A stretch of DNA of 64,000 nt from assembly GCA_021613535.1 (NCBI GenBank), contig CP075494.1, forward strand, positions 6,634,001 to 6,698,000. The letters are read 5' to 3'. The first letter of the stretch is position 1; each line of letters begins with the position of its first letter. The position numbers were made by a program, and so were the translations under genes. The notes below the pieces were generated by a model that saw only the letters and a list, made by a program, of their open reading frames with translations, did no database searches and was not told the DNA's origin. This document shows, piece by piece, positions 1 to 15,400 of the stretch. The DNA comes from Adineta vaga. Lineage: Eukaryota > Animalia > Rotifera.

Positions 1-689
1 CACATTTGTATCATGTTATGTTTGAATTATTTAAAGTATGAGAAAATCAAAGTTTAAGAAAGAATATTTCTGGATCTGATTTTAGAATTCTATGCGTGCA
101 ACAGTAGAATATACTGAAAGCAAAAAGAATGATGACATTTTACCAAAAATTAAAGTTAGTTTCATATTTCTAATGAACTAGCTGATAGTTTCTTTTCAAT
201 TTCAGGTTGATATTGTCAAAGCTAAAGAAGATTTAACAATTCGTATTAGTGATCGAGGTGGTGGAATTCCACGTTCAAGAGCTGATAAAATCTTTCGATA
301 TATGTATTCAACAGCACCAAGGCCTGTTTCATCACATGATGCTCAATATTCCGGTCCAGTTCCATTAGCAGGTTTCGGTTATGGTCTTCCAATAGTATGT
401 TTTAGTTTTGTAATTTCTAACAAACTGTTCATTTATTCAATTGTTTAGAGTCGACTTTATGCACGATATTTCAATGGTGATTTAGAAATACATTCCGTCG
501 ATGGCTATGGTACTGATGCTTATGTCTATCTTCAAGTAAGCGATAAAATTTGACAATTTTTTAGTTTATAAATATGAATTTTAGGCTGTTGAAGATCAAG
601 CAAGTGAATGGTTACCCATATGTAATCGAGCTGCCTATGAGTATTACCTATCACGAAAGTATCAATCTGATTGGACGAAGAAGAAATAA
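1..689 (+). CDS. PDK: Mitochondrial pyruvate dehydrogenase kinase, 3' part (5 exons visible; the start lies outside the window)
   Basis: Hand-spliced translation: [11 protein letters not shown]|NSMRATVE...|...[11 protein letters not shown]...YMYSTAPRP...[11 protein letters not shown]|[12 protein letters not shown]...[11 protein letters not shown]|...DWTKKK, stop TAA 687-689. These are the GHKL N/G1/G2 boxes typical of PDK. The gene is absent from the ORF track. Confidence 0.93.
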
Positions 690-926
690 TAATATCCTGT
701 GATTGAAAATAATTCTTTAGTGATGCAAATTTGTTAGTTTATTTTATTAATTGATTTATTTGAATGAGAGTGAATGTTATTTTCCCATGTATATTTTAAT
801 AATAGTTTTTGTTTTTGTCAAGTAACTAAATCAAAGAATAAATCGTTTTGTTGATTAAATCGTATTCGATCTAATGATTCGGTAAGAAAAATAAGTTTAT
901 TTTCAAGAAATGCAAATCAAATAAGT

Positions 927-1866
927 TCATAGTAAAACACATTTTTCTTTTTGCTGACGAGATTTCTTTTTTGATGTTTGCGTTTTTCTTGGTTGTGATG
1001 TATCAGCGGTGTGTCCTTTGTCGGATGTTCTTGAGTCTTTTGGAAAACGAGTAGCATTTCGACTGACCGATCGATTGATTTGTCGAACAAGATCGTAGAA
1101 GATCTAAGAAACAAACAAATCAAGATTTTATTGGAATATCTTCGATTGATTAATCCATACTTCATTCACATTTGAAAGATTTTTTGCTGATGTTTCAAGA
1201 AAATTACATTTCCATCGTCGTCCTAATTCTTGTCCTGTTTGACGTCCAACAACACGTTCATCTTCTAAATCACTTTTATTTCCAACTAGTATCAATGGTG
1301 GTAGACCCTAAAGAAAGAAAAAGATTTTCATTCGAATAGTTTCTCTGTAAAAACAAAGGTTTTCAATTTACATAAATTTCTGCATCTTTAATACGATAAA
1401 TACGTTCATAAAAGTCATCCAAATCATTGAATGTTGCTTGTGATGTTATGGAATATACCAAAACAAATCCATGTCCACTTTTAACATATAAATCTCTCAT
1501 AGCAGAAAATTCTTCCTATAGCGAAAAGCAGAATAGAAGCGCAAGGAAAAATACGATGAATTTTACCGTTCCAGCAGTATCGAGAATTTCTAATGAATAT
1601 CTTTCTCCATCGATTTCTACAGTCTAGAAAATATTCATTTAAGAAAACACGCAAAAGAGAAAACAATCCGATAGATCTACTTTTTTATACACGTCTTCAA
1701 TAGTTGGATCATATTTTGGCATAAAAATACCTTGAACAAATTGCATTGTCTAAAGAAAGCGAAAATTCGTTACACAATTCGTTGGCTTAATTCATATTCT
1801 TACTAAACATGATTTTCCAACACCACCAGATCCGAAAACACATAATTTGTATTCAGCAATCACCAT
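927..1866 (-). CDS. Divergent Rap1-like small GTPase, copy A (6 exons)
   Basis: [21 protein letters not shown]|[23 protein letters not shown]|...LDTAGT|[10 protein letters not shown]...|...LVGNKSDLE...ETSAK...|[11 protein letters not shown]...KEKCVLL*. It has the Rap-type Thr61 and a CAAX box. Confidence 0.9.
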
Positions 1867-2748
1867 TTTTTTTCTTTTCACTCACAAATTGAAATGCTTT
1901 GTTTTGATCTATCTGATGATTTCGAAAGAATTATTCTGTTTCTTTTTCTCTCTCTCTCTCCTTCTGACGTTAACAACGCCCTGTCTACTGCATGAAAGAG
2001 TACGTTTTTTACAATATTGCTTATGCTTCCATATTACTTGACGAAAAAAAATATTTCATCCGTTCTGATAGTAACATTCTTCGTCAGCATTAACAAAAGA
2101 ATAAGTGAGAAAAGAAAGTTCTCATTTCTTTTTTCAAGTAAAATGACTCATCATTATTGACAATACATTTCCTTGAACGACTCATTGTTTTTTTTTTTGA
2201 TTGATGTTTCGAGATTTCGTTTCATGGTAGTATTTAGCAAGGCTTTCAATTAATCATTGATGGTTGTTAAAAACTTGCTCATGCATAAATTGAAATAGAA
2301 AGTTACGCCGTTTTGTCTTTATTATATTCATGATCAGTGTAAAATTTATAGTCGATGTAATTTGTTATGTAATCATTGTTTTGAGGAGACTTTGCTCAAT
2401 GAAGTGTGTACGTGTTTACAGGTTTTCTCTTAGTTTCTTACTGATTGAATCTGAACAGATATCAGTGTTTAATAGCACACCTTTCAAAAAATGAATGTCA
2501 TGAATTTTGATTAAAGCAAGAACGAAATAGAAAAAACCATACATGTCAAGGTTTGTGATGTGTATTAATAGTTTTGACAATGTATGAAAAATTAATTGCA
2601 TGTCGTTGAAGATTAAGAGATATAAAATTTGATAAGAAAAAAGATTGATAATCGGTGACCTAGATTAATTTTGTTTATTAAATACGATAGTGGATTAGAA
2701 CTAGATGTATTTGTTGCAACATGAAATCTTTGTTTTTTTTATTTTATT

Positions 2749-3669
<921 letters not shown>

Positions 3670-4000
3670 TTAATTGACAAAAATAAAGTCCACGAGATAA
3701 TGTACATACATATTCATTTCAATAGTGACTCTTCCTCGATATGAGAGAAGGAAAAAAAAGAAAAGTTCAGTTGCATTCATCCATTTCGTATTTTTCTCTT
3801 TCGTTCTTTGTACCTATTTCTTCCCATTGATTGATTGATACAATGTACAAGGGAAAAACAAGCAAGAGAACATATTAGATAAAGAAATAACGTCAAAATC
3901 TATATTCTTCTTTCGTATTAATTTGATTTTTTACATAAATCAAAATAAATGTAATACTGTATGATTAGAGTATTGATTTGTCTATATCCATACTGATAAA

Positions 4001-4027
4001 GAAGAAGAAGAAGAAGAAGAAGAAGAA
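4001..4027. repeat. (GAA)9 microsatellite in the divergent Rap-B/kinase intergenic region
   Basis: Read directly from the sequence. Confidence 0.9.
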
Positions 4028-4449
4028 ATCCAATAATGATGAACTTAACAAAAAGAACACACGTACTTGTTGACTGTTTGATTCATCGATTATTTCATTT
4101 ATTTTGTTGATATTCAAGTAAGAAAGATGTTACCAATATCATCTTCAAACATTTCGAATCAATTTGATATTGCAATCAGATGACAAATTTTCAGGTTGAA
4201 TAATGAGTTACTTTGATACATACAATAAGAAAAAAGAAAAACATGATTTTTGTCGCCTACATGTGTTTGAATAATTTCATATATGCACATGATCCATTCA
4301 TGTGGAACACTTGCTTACTTTTTTCTTTTCTTTACGCTCATTATTTATGTGCAATTTTTTTTCTTGCTTAACCATCTCTATAACGTATTGTACGATATCA
4401 ATAACAACAACAAACAAGAAAGTTATTCATTTGGAAAAAGTCAATTTAT

Positions 4450-5626
4450 ATGGGTGGATTAATAAGTGTGTATTTGAAATTTGAAATTTGAAATTCAATT
4501 GTAGAACATTTTCATTCTCTTTCGTGAAAAGGTCGTGCAGCGCGTATAGTTAATAAAGATCCATACTCTGGTGCAACTGTCGTCATTCATAATGTTCCAT
4601 ATACATTTGAACGACGTTTGGGCTCGGGTGGATTCGGTAATCTGTTATTTGAATAAGTTAAAAGAAAAATCAGTGAATTTGATTATAGGTTCGGTTTATC
4701 AAGCAAAACGAGCAGATGGTCGACCGGTCGCTGTTAAGGTAATTAGTTTAGGTGGTTTACCACCAACCCGTAGTCAAAGTCTTGTTCGAACATATTTAAA
4801 TGAAGTTGGACATCTTCAACGATTACGACAAGCTTCACGTCATGTTGTTGTTATTTATGATTTTGATTTTGATCCTCGATCTGGTCAAGGTAAATGTATA
4901 AGAATATTTTCGTCAATGAATCATTATCTTTTTTATTCTTTAACAGGATATATTGTTATGGAATTAGGTGGAGAGAATCTGTCAATATTAATTCGTCGAT
5001 TACGTCAAATGAATGATAGTGGTGGTCCATCGATTGATCCAGTAATGATTAAAGAGTTTTGGCAACAAATGGTTAGTATTGTTCGCGTATTACATGCAAA
5101 TGGAATTGTTCATATGGATTTAAAACCGGATAATTTAATTCTCTTTGGGCGAACACTTAAAATAGCTGATTTAGGAATATCACGAAAAGCAGACAGTTTA
5201 GGGTAAAGAACATGAGTTTCTTTTGTTCTTAAATTTTTATTCTATACATTTCGTTATTTTGAAATAGTTATGCGCGGATGGGTACACCATTCTTTAGGTA
5301 AGTTTAAAATTACGTTAGAAAATGTTTGTTTTTATCTCTTTTTTTCTTTCATTAAAAACAGTGCACCAGAAATTATGACGGATATTGCTGGTCTTCAACG
5401 AGTTTATGGTCCTAAAGCTGACATATGGTCATTAGGTGCAATCCTTTATTTTATGGTATATGGCCGACCACCGACATATCATCCTTTAGCATTCAATCCT
5501 CCTCTTGGTCAACCACCCTATCCTGATTCTGGTCTCAACGATATTCTTCGACGTACATTGGTACCTACTCCACAAACAAGAGCAGATATCAATGTACTTA
5601 TACTACATCCATTTACTCGAAGTTAA
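4450..5626 (+). CDS. Minimal protein kinase, Mps1/TTK-like catalytic domain (~290 aa, 6 exons)
   Basis: Exons 4450-4465, 4532-4636, 4689-4889, 4947-5202, 5268-5297 and 5362-5626 total 873 nt in an open frame. Motifs: GSGGFG, VAVK, FWQQM, HMDLKPDN, DLG, GTPFFSAPE, DIWSLGAILYFMVYGRPP. The first exon is the least certain part. Confidence 0.8.
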
Positions 5627-6658
5627 TATGTTTGCTTCGACATTGATTTTTTGTCTTAATTTTTAATAGAAAAATTCTCGGGGATAAGTACGAAAAGCAA
5701 TATCAAATCGCAATAAACATTCGTTCGATTTCATTATTTTTTTGGTTTATTTCTAATAATTATTATTTCATTTTCTAAAATATTAATTGAAACAAAAAAA
5801 GAGACAGAATTATTCTCGAGAAAATGAATTTTATCTTTATTATTTATGAAACACAATCAGGATTATTGCCATTCAATTCATTGAGAAGTTATTTTAAGTT
5901 TAATACATTTCAATTCTGTAGAAAACTTATATTTGTCCTTCTGCGTATGTCGTAATGAAGGCTAATAAAAAACAATGATAATATCAAGCAATCATTCTCA
6001 GGTGTTCTTGATATGAAGTAAAACATTTTTATCATATGAGATCCGTCTGGACTTGTATTCGATGTTTTTATACTTGGAATAGGAGATAGCATCATATTAT
6101 GTTCGATGTCTCAATAAATGTTGATAAAATATGATGATAATATCATTTGATCGTTCTCGATGAGAGAGATTTTAACATTGATCTTACCATTCATACTTAG
6201 CAACTATTATGAAAATAAGAAATCATAACAGAATGAATTATTTTGGGCGTGAATGTTTTTTTTTCTTCGTTCCTGAAGTAGTAGAAAATAGATTCGATGT
6301 TTTTTTTTTACATATTTGTAGGTTTTTTTAGTGATAAAAAATTTGCGCTCGATTAATAATACCAATATTTCGAATGTCACATCGTTATAGAGTAATTCTT
6401 CATATAGTATACGATTCATTTCTTTTAACAGATATATTTCAGATTGAATGTCTTATATAAAAAGAAACACAAAAAAGACACGACAAAGGAATGTACCAGC
6501 ATTTTAACTAAGAAAAAAACAACTCAATACATTGTTCTTGATGCAATTATAATGACTAGAAGTACATAGTGTGAATAGAATAGAGAAGGAGAGATAAATA
6601 AAACGTTTTTTTTCTCTTCTGTGAAATGAACGACCAGCATTCAAGAGAAATTTTCAAT

Positions 6659-9600
6659 TTAAACATTGCTATCTTTTTCTCGTTGTAAAGTTTCTGTCAG
6701 ATAGAGTCGTAATTGTTCATCTGATGGTGATGTAGAGGACTCGATTTGTGTGGAAGAAGGTGTTAAACTCGTTGACTGTTCATTTGATGGTAAAGTTATT
6801 GTTTGTGTTGATGATGACGGGTTAGGATTAGAAGAACATAGAAAAGGAGGAGATAAAGATTCATCATTACTTGATAACGAAAGATTATTCATATTAATTG
6901 TCATAGGTTCATGACACTGTTGATCAGAGAGTTCTTTAGTATAAAGATAAATTGACGATGCCGACGATTGATCTGCTGGAAGTAAATGTTGATGATAATG
7001 TTCTTGTCGAGACGATGCAACTGATGGAGCTGATAACTGAGCATGAACTTGTTGTTGAGCTAAGTGCAACTGTTGAATTGAACTCATTTCACGTTTTAAC
7101 GAACAAATTTTTGATTTTGTTCGAACAAGTTCTTGTTTCATTGCACGATTTTCATCTTCAAGACGTTTCTTTTCCTAAAATAAAAATAAGTTATTATTAT
7201 CGATTGTACAAAGAATAATATCTCTTGTTACTTCTTCAGCTTGTCTTAAACGTTCAAAAATCTCATATTGATTTGGATCTGTTGTTGTCGGTAATGATCG
7301 TAATGATTCTGTTAATGACAATTTTCTATGATTTAAATTTTGACTACTACCATAATTAGTTGCAATTTTTGTTTGTTGTAATGTAGAAGACTTCGTATTA
7401 GAAGTAAAACATGTATCATCATCACTAACATCGCCTTCAAGAAATGACTCTTGAGTATATGGAGGTTGTTGAAGAGATTTATCGTCCATTTCGGTTTTAA
7501 TTTCAGATGGTTCAGATATTGTAGTTGAAGTACTTGGCAATGGTGAGATTAATGTTGATGATGCTGCTGGACGATTCCAAGTAAAACTTCGTTCATTCCA
7601 CTTTTCGAAACTATCTGAACAAATCAATGGTCCACGTGGTATTAATTGTTGAATAGGAATTGTATTTGTTGATGTTGCACTATTAACTGTTGTGATGGTT
7701 GTTAATGAACTGGCTTGTTGTGGTGAAGGCGGATGTGTATAATAATAATCATCATTAGAATCGGAAAGAATTTGTTTTCGTCGTTTTAATGAGGATGGTT
7801 TACGTAAATGCCATCGATTATGAGATGTCGATTTATCAATAGTTTCTTGTTGTGGATGAGGTTGTTCATCTTCAGATGAACTTGTACAACTTTCAGATGT
7901 AGCAGATGAAGATGACGATGAAAAATTAATATCTTCTGTTTGAGTTCCTTTCTGTTTACGTGTCTTACGTATACGAAATGAATTTCGACCAGGACGTGAA
8001 TCAGTTACTGAACTTTGTTTATTTACTGGATGTTGACGTTTTTGACGACATTCCATAACAACTTGATCTTTACAATGACGATGCGCATTTATACCACAAT
8101 CTAAATTTTGATTTACTTCGAAAAAGAATTGAAACAAAGTTTGAATCGACTTACCTTTACATTTCCAACCTTGTTTGATTAAACCCCAAAGTAGACCAGT
8201 ACAATGAACACAAAATGTTGGTTTGAAATAAGTTGTTTCATGAAAATCATGTTTAAATTCACCTTTTAAATCATGATATTTAGCTCGAATAAAATATGAA
8301 CGCATTTCTGTTTTCGAAATCATTCCATCTCTAGAATAAAATTTTAGAATAGGTTTTAGAACAAAAAAAAACACTTCAAAATCGAATCTTACTGATCAGC
8401 ATCAAGAACAGTAAATGTATCAATAAATGGGAAATTTTGGGCAATTTCTTCAAATTCAGTATGAGATATATAACCATCCCGGTCGTGATCATAAGTAGTA
8501 AAAACAGCTTCGACCATAGCATTAACATGACGTTGAATCGTTTGAATATCAATCGTTTGACTAACTCCAGCTGCCCAATCAGCAAATACAGGACTTTGAA
8601 TTTGTTCTTTTTTCTTTAATACATCTGTGGCATCATTTGCTGATTCACCTGGAGATAAACCTCGCGATACTTGATCAGGCTAATAAGAAAATAAAATCAT
8701 ATACAAACAATTGAAACATTTACTCTCAATTTTCTCAACAAATTTCTATTCTGCTCATAAATTATCCGAACTGTTCATTGATAATTTTAATCTATATTTC
8801 TTACCGATGATACAGATGATCGTGGTTCTCGTGCGAGTGAAAGTTCATAAATTTCATCTTCAGTATAACTTAAATCAACCGAAAGCTAAAATAACAAATG
8901 AAAGATAAAATATACATTCATTTCTTCTTCATAATTGTTTCTCACTGTTAATAAATTGATTAGATCATGATTTGGTTGAATCGATGGTATAGAGACTTGT
9001 AAGTTTGTCAATGTACGAAAGACAATACTCAATTGAACTAATTTTCGAAAATTGATTAAATCATATTCAAAACGATCTTGTAATGCAACATGAAGCGAAA
9101 TAATATCTTTTAAATGAACACCTCTAGAATAAGCAAAATTTCATATATGCAACTATACGAGAGGAAATTTTATCACGTACATAATTGGTATTTTAAAACC
9201 TTCAGATTCGGCTAAACTTTTTCGATATTGTGCATAATTTGAATTTGAAGATAATAGATCGGTCATTTCACTGAGAAACTAAAAAAATAAATACACAGAT
9301 ATTGACTATTTTCAATGAAAAATATTTTTCTAATCATTATACTCTGATATCTTCGGTTGATAGACACATCATGGTTTTTGATAGTCGAGCTAATGCACTA
9401 TGTGATATTCCACCAATAACTGCTAGACATGTGTTAAAATTTTGTAATTCTCTTAAATACTAAAAACAAATAAAACGGAATATGCAATTATTTAGCTTAT
9501 TTTTCAGAAAATTTACTTTTGCAACTTCGAGAAATTTATGTATAATTTCTGCTCGTTGCTTTGGTGTCATTTTACTTAAAACCATACATTGTATCCATGT

Positions 9601-10883
9601 TGAAAGGCCATTAAAAAATTGTATTGAACGTTCAAGTCGTGGATTTCCTTGTAGAGTATTTTTGATCGCATATGTTTTATAATCAGTAAATGTTATTCGT
9701 CGTAAGATTTTCCATTCCAAATAGGTCAGTTGTGCTGCTAATGTTTGTGATTCAATATTATTGAAACCGAGTGAAACTGTTTTATTTTTTGCCTGATTAC
9801 GAACAGTCATTTGACGCATCCAATCGAATGATGGTCTGAAATCAAAATAGATTCGATCTGTACATAGTATCAACAAGATTCAATGACATACAGTTGAGAT
9901 AAATCAACTAAATTCATACATTCACTATCACCGGTTGATTCAATATGATTTTGCATTTTTTCACATGCATCTTTTAAACGTTTATCAAGATCAAAATGCA
10001 TGGGAAAACTTTTTATCCAAAAACTAAAAGAAATAGAATAATTACGTTTTTCAATTGATTGTTGAGAAAAAAACGTTTTACCAATATGCTTGACAAACAC
10101 GTAGTTGATATTCTTTGAATTGCTGTTTTTCATGGACGTTTAATGCTCTTTTACAGTCATCTCCATAGTGTTTAAAAAGATCATAGAGCATATTACTTAA
10201 ATATTCTGATTCCATAATCCATTTATGCATGTGAAAAAAAACTTTGGGATATTCACTTTCATCAATAACTGTTCCATTTGGTTCTATATTGAAAATTTCA
10301 ATAAAATGTATCGATATGTGTTAAGTGATAGCTTACCAAATGAATCAATTAAAATTCGAATCAGTCGATTAAGTGTTGCTCCTTTAACATGAATACCGGG
10401 TAAAAGTGGTCGATCTTCTTCAATATATTCAGGTGTTTTTTCACTGGTTTCAGATCGTGTATCTGATTCATCACCTCCACCACTACTTGCTGTTTGTTGT
10501 TTATCAATTGATGACATAGATTCATTCAGTGTTTGAATACTTATCGATGAATGTTGTAACTGAACCGGTTTTCGTACATGATGATGATCACTCGGTTCAG
10601 TTTCAAATGTCACCGGACTATCTTCATCAAGATCTTGTATATTAGGTATAGCATGTGAGCGTTTGATTGTTGTAGATAATTTATTTGAATCACGGTCAAC
10701 ACCACCGGTACGAGGTTTAATTCCATGCTCGACGATTGCTGAACGTGGAATTAATGGAGGTGGCAGTGACATAGGAGGAAGAGGCGATAATGGTGGTGGT
10801 AGAGTAGGTTGAGTTGGTGACAATAACGTTTCATCGGATGATATTGTCACCGGTGGTTGTAGATTGCTAGTGGTGCTCATCAT
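6659..10883 (-). CDS. RasGRP: RasGRP / CalDAG-GEF family Ras/Rap guanine nucleotide exchange factor (multi-exon)
   Basis: REM region (KGATLNRLIRIL...FWIKSFPMHF), CDC25 domain (LAAQLTYLEW...FNGLSTWIQCMVLS...QNFNT), two EF-hand loops (DHDRDGYISHTE, DADKDGMISKTE), a C1 domain ([34 protein letters not shown]) and a C-terminal coiled coil. Confidence 0.92.
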
Positions 10884-12400
10884 TTATTATTCATCGACAT
10901 GAGCTTTAACGATGAAAAAAAATAAAAATATTAAAGAAATCTCCCATGAGATAAGAATAGTTTGGGAAAATGAAATTTACAGCTGATGTTTATTATTTAT
11001 TTCACGAGGAAACTAATGATGACGCACAACATTTTTTTTGCTTTTTCTTCTGAACTATGACATTCCAAACGGATGAGAAAAACTCGAGAAGAAAAGAATA
11101 AGAAGACGAGAACGAAGAAAGAAAAAAAGAAGGAATTACTTTATGTATGTGTCAACGACATACACCCTACTTTCGTACTCTCTTTACGTCACTTATTTAA
11201 CGAGAAAGAAAACCACTTTGTCTTAAATTACATTTGAACAACTAGAGATGAAGATGATGAAGAAAAAAAAGGGATTTTTCTAAGAAAAGTTTCCATATGC
11301 ATATATGCACCTGGAAATATGTAGGTGAAAAATATTTTTTAATAATACTTACCAGATATTATTAGTTATATATACCGCTACATATCGTAGTGCTGCCGAT
11401 GAACGATAATAATCAATCATCCAATCGACAGACCAATGATGCATAATTGAAGTTGTAACACGTCGTATATTCAGCATAATATAACGTATACATATAAAGT
11501 GAAGAAAAAAAACCCAAAGAGAATAGCGTTAATAATACTCGATGATGATGATGATGATGATCTAGAAATGTTGTGTGCGAACATACGCGAAAGAAGAAAA
11601 AAAAGAAGCAACCGAAGAAAAGAAAGAAAAAAGATTCCTGTTGCAATAGAAAGTAACAACTAGCTCACTGAATGGGTGGGATCTTCGACGCGCTCGCTCG
11701 TTTACTGTCAAAGAATAAATGCAAAAAAGAAACACGCGTTGGATGATGGTAGTAGACCAAAGAGTTGGAATAGCTAAAAATAGGAAAATGTACGCGTGTA
11801 TAGAACATCGTTCTCTGTTTCTTTCTTAACCGTGTACGTTTTCTAAAAACAATAGTGTGTTTTTTAGTTTTTCTTGTATTTCGTCAATGACAATTGTTGT
11901 TGAACAGAAATGCATGTATGATGCTAGTGAATAAAATAAATAGATAGCACACAATATGCTCGACATACATGACGAGAGTGATTGAAGAAAAAGTGTGTGT
12001 GTGTAAGAGAATGAACAGAGACTGTTTCGCTATTCTGCACATCCAGGGTTTGCATGCTCTTGCTCATAAGTAAGAAAATGTTGAAAAAACGAGATTTCAG
12101 AATAGAAGAACGTAAAACTAGCGAAGTTAGATATAGGGTATGCGACAGCTTTGCATGTCTCAATATGATTCAACTAGATAATAAAATCAAATAAAATAAC
12201 TGAATGAATCACAATAGATATTCTCGATGTGTTTTTGTCATCGCCGATGTTGGAATAGATCTTAACGAGTGCGATACTCACACAATGTCACTACCAATAA
12301 AAACAACATTACGATACATTTTCTTCTCTTCTTTATCCTAGGTTTTTTCTTCCCTCTATCATTTGACATGTGCGTAAAATACTGTCGCTGAGAAGTAGCC

Positions 12401-12457
12401 GTTGTCGTCGTCGTCGTCGTCGTCGTCGTCTTCGTCGTCATCATCATCATCATCATC
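12401..12457. repeat. Compound (GTC)n-(ATC)n microsatellite upstream of RasGRP
   Basis: Read directly from the sequence. It produces the spurious MMMMMMTTKTTTT ORF. Confidence 0.9.
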
Positions 12458-15400
12458 TAAAAGATTGTTGCAATGGCGAAAAAAAAGAGGATGCACAATG
12501 ACAGAAAAAAAACTCGAGCAAAGCCGAACTCGTTCTCTTCTCCGTTGTTTTTTTTCTTTTACTATCTTGTAACGGCAAGCGACGTCTGCTTGTCTGTCAT
12601 TCCATTATTTCTTTCCCTTTTTTCCGCTCTTACGATCCTTACAAGCTTTAGAATGTGTGCGTGTGAGCACATAGAAAAGAAGTATTTTTTTATTTCAACC
12701 AAACTGAGCTGCTCGATGACGAAAGAACACACATATTGTGTGCCAATCATACACGCATACAGCATTGAAGATTTGTGTCGTTGGCCACTTGAACACACAA
12801 ACAGACGAATGCTCTCAACGGATCCGGTATGAATATAGATATCGATGACGACGAAAAAATAAAGAAAAGATTGGAAAAAATAGTGAAAGAGCATCTTGAT
12901 CCAAAAGAAATAAGTATGATAACGAAAAGAAAAGTAACAACAAAAATCATAAGCATTAATGATATAAAATAGATATTTATTTGTTGACATTTTGTTTTGC
13001 TCTTCAAGCATTTATCCTTCAACGAGTTTTAACAGCATTGAACATTGATTGTGTCTGTTGCGTTTTTCTTTCTCCTTATGTCATGCAAACTATTATTTGA
13101 ATAACAACGACAACAGCAGATTGTTATGAACTTTCTAATTTCCAACACCTCTGATCCATAACTAAATAGATCATTCATACACCTACACAAACCAAAAGCA
13201 AAACATCTAATTGCTATTTTATAATAAATGTAAAACAAAATTTAATTTAGTAATGAACGTTTTAGAAAAATGAATACGATATAATCACATATGTCGAAGG
13301 AGAAAAAACAAGATCTTTTCTTACTCTTTTTTTCAAAAGCTGTTTATTCAACTTGAATTACGTAGAGAAAAATCGAGCATATTGTCTATGTTGATAAATG
13401 CATTCTGTACGTGTTTATTTCTTATAATGATAATCGGAGACACGTATTTTATATGAAAGAAATTAAAAATAAATAAGAAGAGTATAAAACAACACCATTG
13501 AGAATAAATGACACCTATTTAAAAAAAAGTTATTATTGGATTGAATAGTTGTAAATTGGATTTTTATTCAGAAATAATTGAATTAAGTTAATTTTTAAGA
13601 AGACAATTTCTGAAAAGTATGTCTTTAACTTATTATGATAAGTGCACTTCTTAAATTATTTTTACACATACTTCATAGGTTTTACTTGTCTATGATTATG
13701 AAAAGGAATTTTTTATTTGAAGACATTCAAAGTCATGAATATGGATTCTGAACAAGAATGATGAGAAAGTGAGTAGGAGGGTCCAATGAAAATATGTTGA
13801 AGCTCACAGTACTATACAATAAGCACTGAATGTGAATGTTTGTACATGTTCATACATATACGATTCATCAGCAAATGTATTATTCAATAGAAAGATTTTA
13901 CTTGATTCGAAGTTCTACGTAGATAAGATATGAAACTTAAATTGATCTCTCATCAATTAAAGAAGTTTCAGTTTTAACCTACGCGACTACTTTTTGCATT
14001 CTTTTTCTTCATTTAGAAGAAAATTGTTTCATATTCAGCAACAATAATACTTAGTTATATCCTCGTTTGTGTTGTAAACAGAATAACTAAAATAAAAGCA
14101 AGATATCGATTAATTAACTATAAGAATTAAATGGATATATCAGCACATAATGGAATAGCAAAGTAGAGCAACATGAACGTTTAAAAATACAACAAGAAAC
14201 TATCAGCAACAAGCTTACCATAAAAACGTTATTTGAGATGAACATATTCTAATCCGAATTTCAATTGAATTGTATACACACACGGCAGGATATTCAGAAA
14301 AACCGATCAAAGCCTATGTTGAAAAAGAAGGTTCATCGAGAAAATTCACATGTGAGTAAACGATACATAAAAACATGGAGTAGAGCGCATAGAAGCAGCT
14401 ATTCCAGTGGCGTTTCAGATTGAAATATATTTTGTAATCACTAGTTTATCTCGTAGACTCCAGCGGTCAGCTAGAAAAATAATATTAGTATGTTAGGTAG
14501 AAAATATCGTTTAAGAATACAAGATTCTTGTTTAAAATCAATAAAAAATGTGTTATCAATACCACTCTAAATTGAATACTAAGATGTACAAAATTTTTAA
14601 CCGAATTTCCAAGGTGGAAAATTACCGCTGATTTTACATTACAGTCCTAACAACTATTGTCAGTTAAAAAAGTTCGAAAGGACCAGGATGCAAAAATTTA
14701 GTGTGGCATTTAATCCGTTTTCGTCCACAATGTATAGTTTCACGAAGAATTTTCGTCGATTTCTGCTTCTCTTTCAAAAATGTTCTTATGAGAATTGCCA
14801 CACTCTGTGATCAGGTCGGTCCACAATTGAAACGATATCCTTTAGTATATTTTCGATCAAAACTAAATAAATTCTCGGAGACACTTTTTTCCAGTCAAAC
14901 TCGCCATCTAATTTAAATGTTCCCAGAATTACTTATGATCTTCAATGTTAGTTCATTAAAAAGATTACTAAAGTATTTGATTTGTCTTCAGTATTCCAAT
15001 ATATTTCCCATGTGGAAGTCTTGATAGATAAAGAATGTGATGTTATCAAAGTATAAAGTACACTAGATTTTAAAATCATAGGTAATCAAAATTTTCCCTA
15101 TGATTTAGTTGTATCGAACACAAGTAAATATATAAGTTAGTGTTTAACCCCAAATAAAACACAACCTTTAATTTTCACCTCAAATAGATTTCTTATGTAC
15201 AAAATCTTACTTTTATCAAGTGCTCAATCATAGCTCTTGTTCAGTCTTGTGTGTTATACTGTATTGTTTGTTATTCAGTAGCAGATAGGAACTACAAGAT
15301 ATATTCCGTTTGAATACTAACTTTGGTCACTTGTCAACTAAATATATTCATTCGGATGAAATAATGCTTATTAAACAACGTTATTTTAACATAGTTTTTA

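Noticed and set aside
11413-13238. ORFs with poly-H, poly-S or poly-M/T runs
   Set aside because: They are translations of (TGA)n and (GTC)n(ATC)n repeats in non-coding DNA.
14400-14960. Possible decayed transposon or pseudogene fragment (likewise ~22980-23240)
   Set aside because: The sequence is slightly higher in complexity, but I found no recognisable transposase/RT motif, terminal repeats or target-site duplication.
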